This document shows positions 51,078 to 58,120 of a DNA stretch of 58,120 nt, in pieces. Positions within the stretch are counted from its first letter, which is position 1; each line of letters begins with the position of its first letter. The DNA is from an uncultured Pseudomonadota bacterium (GTDB taxonomy: Bacteria; Pseudomonadota; Alphaproteobacteria; Rs-D84). Both the position numbers and the translations under genes were made by a program. The notes under the pieces are model-generated. The model saw nothing but the letters and a program-made list of their open reading frames with translations. It had not been told where the DNA came from and did not search any database. The stretch covers positions 1 through 58,120 of the forward strand of contig CADBBQ010000008.1 in assembly GCA_902793005.1 (NCBI GenBank), given 5' to 3'.

Positions 51078-53629
51078 AAAGAATAATTTGCGCATTGTTT
51101 GGTGTTGTGGTGTCTGTGTCTGCGTTCGCGGATGGGGTGAAATCTGGTGGGGTGGCCGGGTATCGGACCGCGTCCCCGGAAATGTGGATACCGCGTTCTT
51201 TCTTTTTAAGTTTATCGCCAAATGGAAATTTAACCCAGGCCGCGATTGATGCAATGTTGGAAAAATATGATGAATTGGCGGAAACCGAAGAATCCGAGGT
51301 TGGTCGTTCATCGTTGGATGGTTCGTATTTTATTTATAAAGAGGGACAAAATCCATTAACGGTTCAAGATTTAAATGCTATTTGTTTGGCGGGTGGATTA
51401 ACAAACAAAGATGATTGTCGCAGGTATGTTGTAAACCCAATTCGTGAAATGTTAGGCAGAATAACTTATCACAATGTGTGTATGGGTGATACTTTGACGG
51501 GTGGAACAAACCATTGTGTGGATAATGTGTTTGTCAAAGATTATACATATAATACCCAGGAAACATTGGATCAAAAAGATTTTGTCGGTAAAACCGGTGG
51601 GTATAATCCGCACGGTAATGATGCACTAATTGGTGGAACAAAATTTGTCAGAACCCATAGCCACGAACATAGTGGTAATAATCAATATGCCCAAGATGTT
51701 AATGTTTCTGAATGGACGGCGTATGGTCTGGCGATTGAGTATGCACGTGCGCGTGGACACAGTGTTATATGCAGTTCGGAAATAAGTGATGATTGGATAA
51801 AATGCACTACGCCGGATAATAAACATTATTATTCCTTTAAATTTGCAGGCACGCATAATACATCTGATTCAACAATTGAAGAAAATATTATCAGGGGAAT
51901 TTGTGCATTAACAGAATCAAATTATGTGAAAAACGATTGTTTGATACGCAATCGAACCCGCGAAGATCAATGTCGTGCTGGGTGCGATGTTGGGTGTGCG
52001 TCGGGCTATGCGTCGGGCAAGGCGGTTGCGGATATGATATCTAAATTTAGTTTGAAATCGTCGTATTCCAGTGGTAATGGTGATGGCGCAAATTATTGTC
52101 GTATGTGGATGCCGGGAATTTGGGCCGGTGGTGACGCGTGGAATGGTGATATTCGGATGTATCCGGGATACGAATATATGTCAACCGCATTCAGGGAGAT
52201 TCAAACTGTATTTGATGTAAATTTGATAAAAACATTAAGAACCTATGTGGAATTGCAAGGAATTGCGGTTAATTCGTTCGATTGCAAATACGGAACAAAG
52301 ACGTATGCTGATAATTTGGCGTCTGGTATGGCCGGAAAGCCAGAAGATGTGGTGACGTGCAGCGTAAACGGTACGGATGTTGATTTTGTGTTTGACGATG
52401 TGTACGAGGGTACAGAGTGGGCCAAAGAAATTGGTAAATCTGGTATGAAATGTATGTTGTTGCCGCGTAAATCTGGTGGGACGGCGTCATTTGATGGAAA
52501 ATATTGTGTTGGTCCAAAAAATGAAGCCGCCTGTGCGGAATTAGGTAGACAGGTTTCTGGGGGAACCCGTTGGGATGAAGAGGCCGGCAAGTGTGTATTA
52601 AATGATGCGGCGATGGTCAAAAATATACAAACAACGGTGACGGTTGCTGGTGGAACGGCGTTTGTTGTTGGAATGACTGTGTTAAGTGGTGGTTCGTTGG
52701 GATTTGTTTTCTTGGAAGCAGGTGTGGGCCTGGGCACGGATTTGGCGTTCGAGGGGATAAATCGTTTTTATGAAACCCGTCCAAATAAACGTGCCACAGA
52801 ATTTGTCGAGGCCGCCCAGGCGTGTAAAATTCCGGACGGTGTGTCGGAATGTTCGGCATCGCAAAAACAATGTGCCAAAGATGTGTTTACAAAGTTTTTC
52901 CGTACTCTGGATGAAGTTATGGGTGATTTGAATGACGAACAATTGGATTTTGTTGATAAAGCAATGGCAAATCTGGGACAGTGTGGTTTTTCTGATACTG
53001 AAATAGAAAATATGTTGTCGGAAAGTATGCCATTGACCGAAGATGTGTTTGTTGGAAATCTTGAAAAAGCGATATTTTTTAGCGGGTTTATATTCTCGCC
53101 TAAAACTATAGGTGCCAAGTTTACGCGTTTTACGCGTACGCGACGGATATTTAAACAGTTTAACAAAACGTATAAAATAGAAAAAACTACCCGGGCCGGA
53201 TATAATATCGGACGTCTGGATGTGGATGGGATTGATGCGGAAAGTTTGAAAAGTATTCGTCGTGAGTTGGGTGATAAAGGTTTTTGGGTTGAAAAAGAAG
53301 TGGCCGGAAAGAAAACACTGGATTTTTCAACGGAAAAGTTTTTGGATGATGCGGTCGCGCCAGCAGATGGAAAACGTCTGCAAAAAATTGGCCAAGGTGT
53401 AATGTTGAGTGGTGGCGCCGCGGGATATGGTGGGTATCGACTGTTTGAATCGTTTGTTGGTGGAGGTAATAAGGGTGGTAACTCCTCTGATGGTGATGAG
53501 AATAATTCAGATAATAACACTGATAACGGTAATACAACTGATAACACTAATAACAATAACGATGGTGGTGCGGTTATATTAGATAATGTTGGTGATACTA
53601 TCAGGGGTGGAGGTGTTGTGCCGTTATGA
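51074..53629 (+). CDS. Large secreted Cys-rich hypothetical protein
   Basis: Signal peptide, many Cys, internal hydrophobic hairpin, N/D-rich tail; ATGA overlap with the upstream gene. Confidence 0.75.
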   Translation: MKRIICALFGVVVSVSAFADGVKSGGVAGYRTASPEMWIPRSFFLSLSPNGNLTQAAIDAMLEKYDELAETEESEVGRSSLDGSYFIYKEGQNPLTVQDLNAICLAGGLTNKDDCRRYVVNPIREMLGRITYHNVCMGDTLTGGTNHCVDNVFVKDYTYNTQETLDQKDFVGKTGGYNPHGNDALIGGTKFVRTHSHEHSGNNQYAQDVNVSEWTAYGLAIEYARARGHSVICSSEISDDWIKCTTPDNKHYYSFKFAGTHNTSDSTIEENIIRGICALTESNYVKNDCLIRNRTREDQCRAGCDVGCASGYASGKAVADMISKFSLKSSYSSGNGDGANYCRMWMPGIWAGGDAWNGDIRMYPGYEYMSTAFREIQTVFDVNLIKTLRTYVELQGIAVNSFDCKYGTKTYADNLASGMAGKPEDVVTCSVNGTDVDFVFDDVYEGTEWAKEIGKSGMKCMLLPRKSGGTASFDGKYCVGPKNEAACAELGRQVSGGTRWDEEAGKCVLNDAAMVKNIQTTVTVAGGTAFVVGMTVLSGGSLGFVFLEAGVGLGTDLAFEGINRFYETRPNKRATEFVEAAQACKIPDGVSECSASQKQCAKDVFTKFFRTLDEVMGDLNDEQLDFVDKAMANLGQCGFSDTEIENMLSESMPLTEDVFVGNLEKAIFFSGFIFSPKTIGAKFTRFTRTRRIFKQFNKTYKIEKTTRAGYNIGRLDVDGIDAESLKSIRRELGDKGFWVEKEVAGKKTLDFSTEKFLDDAVAPADGKRLQKIGQGVMLSGGAAGYGGYRLFESFVGGGNKGGNSSDGDENNSDNNTDNGNTTDNTNNNNDGGAVILDNVGDTIRGGGVVPL

Positions 53630-53754
53630 TTTTTATATCGGTTAAAAAAAGCGGGGATTCCCGCTTTTTTGTTGTTTTGGTTTCGCAAAATGGCGGATTT
53701 GGTGGTTTTTTATTTTGACAAGGCGAAAAACCGCGGGTTCTAACAGAAAAATCC

Positions 53755-53783
53755 TTGACAATTTTGATAATGGGGGTTATACT
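53755..53783 (+). promoter_or_regulatory. Sigma70 promoter of the str operon
   Basis: TTGACA-N17-TATACT. Confidence 0.7.
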
Positions 53784-53936
53784 GGGTCTGCTTTCCGTGT
53801 AAGTAAGGAAAGTGCAAAAATATACAGAAAACCGGAACTTTTTACAGATTTATAACCAAATGCGTGCATTTGGAATAAGTTTGATAGGGTGGTTTTGTGT
53901 AAACAAAAAAGTAAAGTAAAAACAAAGAGATTTTGA

Positions 53937-54308
53937 ATGCCAACAGTAAATCAACTGATTCGGAAGCCTCGTAAAAAGAAAGTAGTCAAAAGTACTGCGC
54001 CTGATATGATGGCAAGTCCGCAAAAACGTGGTGTTTGCACACGTGTGTACACCACAACACCAAAGAAACCTAACTCGGCACAACGTAAAGTGGCCCGTGT
54101 GAAATTGGCCAATGGACGTGAAGTTACCGCATATATCCCGGGCGAGGGACATAATTTGCAGGAACACAGTGTGGTTATGATTCGTGGTGGTCGTGTAAAG
54201 GACTTACCTGGTGTGAAATATCACATCATCCGTGGTGTTTTGGATACCAAGGGTGTCGAATCAAGAAAACAAGGTCGCTCTTTATATGGGGCAAAAGTTA
54301 AAAAATAA
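53937..54308 (+). CDS. rpsL: 30S ribosomal protein S12
   Basis: [18 protein letters not shown]. Confidence 0.99.
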   Translation: MPTVNQLIRKPRKKKVVKSTAPDMMASPQKRGVCTRVYTTTPKKPNSAQRKVARVKLANGREVTAYIPGEGHNLQEHSVVMIRGGRVKDLPGVKYHIIRGVLDTKGVESRKQGRSLYGAKVKK

Positions 54309-54375
54309 TACATCTGTGATATACAGGTGAGTAATCCGGGGTGAATCCTTGGGTGAAGAAATAAAGGAATAAAAT

Positions 54376-54852
54376 ATGTCAAGACGTAAAGCTGCAACAA
54401 AACGTGAAATTTTACCAGATTCAAAATATAACAATCTGGTTGTTGCGAAATGTATCAATGTTGTTATGTGGGACGGTAAAAAAGAAGTTGCCGAAAACAT
54501 TGTTTATGGTGCATTGGATAAATTGAAAACTTTGGCCAAAGATGGCAAAGATGAATTAAGCCTGTTCTTGGAGGCGGTTGATGCGTTAAAACCATCGGTC
54601 GAGGTCAAGGGGCGTCGTGTTGGTGGTGCAACGTACCAAGTTCCGGTCGAAGTTCGTGCGGATCGTCAACAAACATTGGCTTTGCGTTGGTTGGTTATGT
54701 TTGCCCGTAAACGTGGTGAACGTTCTATGCAGGAACGTTTGTTCGCGGAATTGCGTGATGCTTTGAATGGTACCGGTGGTGCGTTCAAAAAGAAAATCGA
54801 TACACATAAAATGGCAGAAGCGAATAAAGCGTTTGCTCATTTCCGTTGGTAA
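54376..54852 (+). CDS. rpsG: 30S ribosomal protein S7
   Basis: [24 protein letters not shown]. Confidence 0.99.
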   Translation: MSRRKAATKREILPDSKYNNLVVAKCINVVMWDGKKEVAENIVYGALDKLKTLAKDGKDELSLFLEAVDALKPSVEVKGRRVGGATYQVPVEVRADRQQTLALRWLVMFARKRGERSMQERLFAELRDALNGTGGAFKKKIDTHKMAEANKAFAHFRW

Positions 54853-54876
54853 TATTTACAAGAAAAGGAAAGATAA

Positions 54877-56958
54877 ATGTCTGTTGGAAAAACCGCCCCA
54901 TTACATATGTACCGTAACATAGGAATTATGGCGCATATTGACGCGGGTAAAACTACTACATCGGAACGTATTTTGTTCTATACAGGTAAAACATATAAAA
55001 TTGGTGAAGTGCACGATGGTGCCGCGACAATGGACTGGATGGTTCAAGAACAAGAACGCGGTATTACAATTACATCGGCGGCGACAACGTGCTTTTGGCG
55101 TGATCATCGTATCAATTTGATTGATACGCCGGGACACGTGGACTTTACAATGGAAGTGGAACGTTCGTTGCGCGTGTTGGACGGTGCGGTTGCGGTGTTT
55201 GAATCTGTGTCGGGCGTGCAACCACAATCTGAAACAGTATGGCGTCAGGCTGATCGTTATAATGTTCCACGTATTTGTTTTGTGAATAAAATGGACAGAA
55301 CGGGTGCAAATTTCTTCCGTTGTGTTGATATGTTCCGTGAACGTTTGGGTGCAAATCCATTGGTTTTGAATTTCCCAATTGGTCAAGAAGCAGAGTTCAA
55401 GGGTGTTGTTGATGTTTTGGAAATGAAGGGCTTGATTTGGGAAGATGAAACGGGTTCTCATCCGAAGACAGTTGAAATTCCCGAAGAATTAAAGGCCAAG
55501 GCTCAAGAATTACACGACAAATTGATTGAAGAAGCCGTGACCCAAGATGATACGATTATGGAAGAATATATGGAAGGTAAAGTTCCAGATATTGATACAA
55601 TTAAAAAATTGATTCGCAAAGGAACAATTAATCAAAGCTTTAATCCTGTGTTGTGTGGAACGGCATTTAAAAACAAAGGTGTTCAACCATTATTGGATGC
55701 AATTGTTGATTATTTGCCATCGCCTTTGGATATTCCGGCAATCAAAGGAACCAAGAAAGACGGTAAAACACCGGACGAACGTCACGCGGATCCAAAAGAA
55801 CCGTTCAGTGCGTTGGCCTTTAAAGTTGCCAATGACCCGTTTGTTGGTAATTTGATGTTTATCCGTATTTATTCTGGTAAATTGCAATCTGGTTCATATA
55901 TTTACAATTCAACCCGTGATAAACGTGAACGCGTGGGACGTATGTTGTTGATGCACGCGAATACCCGTGAAGAAATCAAAGAAGCGTCTGCGGGTGATAT
56001 TATTACGTTGGTTGGTATGAAGGAAACGATTACCGGGGACACTTTGTGTGATGAAGCGAATCCAATTATTTTGGAAAGTATTCATATTCCAGAACCGGTT
56101 ATGTCTATTGCCGTTGAACCAAAAACCAAGGCTGATATTGAAAAAATGTCGTTGGGCTTGCAAGCGTTGGCCAAAGAAGATCCGTCTTTCCGTGTGTCGG
56201 TTGACGAAGAATCTGGTCAAACGATTTTGTCGGGTGTTGGTGAATTGCATTTGGAAATTTTGGTTGACCGTTTGTTGCGTGAATTCAAAGTTGATGTTAA
56301 CGTCGGCGAACCACGTATTGCATATCGTGAAACATTCCGTAAACCTGTGACCGAAGAATATACTCATAAAAAACAGTCTGGTGGTTCGGGTCAATATGCC
56401 CAGGTTAAAATTGAATTTGAACCATTGGAACCGGGTTCAGGTTATGAATTTGAAAACAAAATCGTTGGTGGTGCGATTCCAAAAGAATACATCCCTGGCG
56501 TTGAAAAGGGTTTAAAGATAGCACAACAAACAGGTGTTTTGATTGGCTATCCAACTGTGGATTTCAAGGCGACATTGGTTGATGGTAAATATCACGAAGT
56601 TGACTCTAATGTGTTGTGCTTTGAAATTGCGGCGCGTGCGTGCTTCCGTGAAGCAATGAAAAAAGCATCGCCAAAATTATTGGAACCGATTATGAAGCTT
56701 TCGGTTAATACACCGGAAGAATACGTCGGTGACATTATCGGTGACTTGAACAGTCGTCGTGGTCAAATCAATGGAATTGAAAGCCAATTTGGCAATCAGG
56801 TTATTTCTGCGTTTGTACCGTTGGCGAATTTGTTCGGTTACGTAAAAACCCTGCGTTCTTTGTCTCAGGGACGCGCAAATCCGTATATGGAATTGTCGCA
56901 TTATGACGAAGTACCGCAAAATGTTGCCGATGAAGTCATAAAGAAAATGACAAAATAA
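54877..56958 (+). CDS. fusA: Elongation factor G
   Basis: [28 protein letters not shown]. Confidence 0.99.
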   Translation: MSVGKTAPLHMYRNIGIMAHIDAGKTTTSERILFYTGKTYKIGEVHDGAATMDWMVQEQERGITITSAATTCFWRDHRINLIDTPGHVDFTMEVERSLRVLDGAVAVFESVSGVQPQSETVWRQADRYNVPRICFVNKMDRTGANFFRCVDMFRERLGANPLVLNFPIGQEAEFKGVVDVLEMKGLIWEDETGSHPKTVEIPEELKAKAQELHDKLIEEAVTQDDTIMEEYMEGKVPDIDTIKKLIRKGTINQSFNPVLCGTAFKNKGVQPLLDAIVDYLPSPLDIPAIKGTKKDGKTPDERHADPKEPFSALAFKVANDPFVGNLMFIRIYSGKLQSGSYIYNSTRDKRERVGRMLLMHANTREEIKEASAGDIITLVGMKETITGDTLCDEANPIILESIHIPEPVMSIAVEPKTKADIEKMSLGLQALAKEDPSFRVSVDEESGQTILSGVGELHLEILVDRLLREFKVDVNVGEPRIAYRETFRKPVTEEYTHKKQSGGSGQYAQVKIEFEPLEPGSGYEFENKIVGGAIPKEYIPGVEKGLKIAQQTGVLIGYPTVDFKATLVDGKYHEVDSNVLCFEIAARACFREAMKKASPKLLEPIMKLSVNTPEEYVGDIIGDLNSRRGQINGIESQFGNQVISAFVPLANLFGYVKTLRSLSQGRANPYMELSHYDEVPQNVADEVIKKMTK

Positions 56959-57052
56959 AAAAAGATTGCGATTTTTGATTTCTGGTTTATGATTGTATTC
57001 GAAACCAGATTTCGGAAATCTGTTTAACAAAACCTTATAAGGAGAATAAACT

Positions 57053-58120
57053 ATGGCAAAAGAAAAATATGTAAGAACCAAGCCACACGTCAATATTGGT
57101 ACTATTGGTCACGTTGACCACGGTAAAACAACTTTGACGGCTGCTATTGTGCACTATTATGGTGTTGGTATTGACGCACAAAAAGGCGTTGATCAAATCG
57201 ATAATGCACCAGAAGAAAAAGCACGTGGTATAACAATTAACACTGCACACGTGGAATATGAAACAGAACATCGTCACTATGCACACGTTGACTGCCCAGG
57301 ACACGCGGACTATGTTAAAAATATGATTACCGGTGCGGCGCAAATGGACGGTGCGATTTTGGTCGTTGCGGCAACTGATGGTCCAATGCCACAAACACGC
57401 GAACACATCTTGTTGGCTCGCCAGGTGGGTATTCCAAAAATCGTCGTGTATTTGAACAAATGCGATTTGGCGAACGATCCTGAATTGTTGGAATTGGTTG
57501 AAATGGAAATTCGTGAATTGTTGTCTGCAAATGACTTTGATGGTGACAACGCTCCAATTATCCGTGGTTCAGCTATTTCTGCATTGGAAGGTAAATCTGA
57601 TGGTTTGGGTAAAGAATCTATTGATGCTTTGTTGGCTGCATGTGATTCATACATCCCATTACCAGATCGTCCAGTTGATAAACCATTCTTGATGCCAATC
57701 GAAGACGTGTTCTCTATCACAGGTCGTGGTACAGTGGTAACAGGTCGTATCGAATCTGGTGTTATCAAAGTAGGTGACGAATGCGAAATCGTAGGTTTGA
57801 AACCAACACAAAAAACAACAGTAACTGGCGTTGAAATGTTCCGCAAATTGTTGGATCAAGGTGAAGCCGGTGATAACGTTGGTTTGTTGTTGCGTGGAAC
57901 AAAGAAAGAAGAAGTCGAACGTGGTCAAATTATCTGCAAACCAGGTTCTATTACACCACACACAGACTTTGAAGCTGAAGTTTATATTTTGACGAAAGAA
58001 GAAGGTGGCCGTCATACAGCATTCTTCTCTAACTATCGTCCACAATTCTATTTCAGCACAACAGACGTAACAGGTACAATTACTTTGCCAGCAGACAAAG
58101 AAATGGTCTTGCCAGGTGAT
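57053..58120 (+). CDS. tuf: Elongation factor Tu (runs off the window; absent from the ORF track)
   Basis: Manual translation [27 protein letters not shown]...[15 protein letters not shown]. Confidence 0.98.
   Translation, partial: MAKEKYVRTKPHVNIGTIGHVDHGKTTLTAAIVHYYGVGIDAQKGVDQIDNAPEEKARGITINTAHVEYETEHRHYAHVDCPGHADYVKNMITGAAQMDGAILVVAATDGPMPQTREHILLARQVGIPKIVVYLNKCDLANDPELLELVEMEIRELLSANDFDGDNAPIIRGSAISALEGKSDGLGKESIDALLAACDSYIPLPDRPVDKPFLMPIEDVFSITGRGTVVTGRIESGVIKVGDECEIVGLKPTQKTTVTGVEMFRKLLDQGEAGDNVGLLLRGTKKEEVERGQIICKPGSITPHTDFEAEVYILTKEEGGRHTAFFSNYRPQFYFSTTDVTGTITLPADKEMVLPGD

Noticed and set aside
53465-53570. AAC/AAT-rich stretch as a DGR template repeat
   Set aside because: It is an in-frame low-complexity N/D linker with no similarity to 1866-1982.
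57035-58045. Minus-strand ORFs at the right end
   Set aside because: Antisense shadows of tuf.

Overview
Chromosomal segment of a host-associated-type Alphaproteobacterium; the lineage is inferred from alpha-type parE, lpxI and the conserved alpha HTH, and a Rs-D84/'Ca. Enterousia'-like gut lineage is a low-confidence guess. Housekeeping genes include rpsT, plsY, dprA, dnaA, parE, dnaJ, pgsA, uvrC, dnaN, ppa, efp, fba, tolB, plsC, ftsEX, lpxI, rbfA, lepA, acpP-fabF, tRNA-Pro(CGG), mltG and rpsL-rpsG-fusA-tuf. They are interleaved with many secreted, modular fibre-like proteins. Highlights: (1) a ~200-nt minus-strand sRNA candidate (33963-34164) with its own sigma70 promoter and terminator, whose C/U-rich loops are complementary to the leaders of dnaA, dnaN and the neighbouring gene, alongside a DnaA that has lost its arginine finger, sensor I and sensor II residues; (2) a GIY-YIG nuclease between two ~260-bp nested-hairpin repeats, with a third solo copy showing compensatory changes; (3) mosaic surface proteins with phage-tail-like AT-rich variable cores between conserved flanks; (4) an orphan ribbon-helix-helix gene with a 12-bp-period operator-like array; (5) several dispersed palindrome and heptamer repeat families and a ~260-nt structured region; (6) a diadenylate cyclase and an apparently catalytically dead integrase. 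All calls come from reading the sequence; no searches or folding programs were run.
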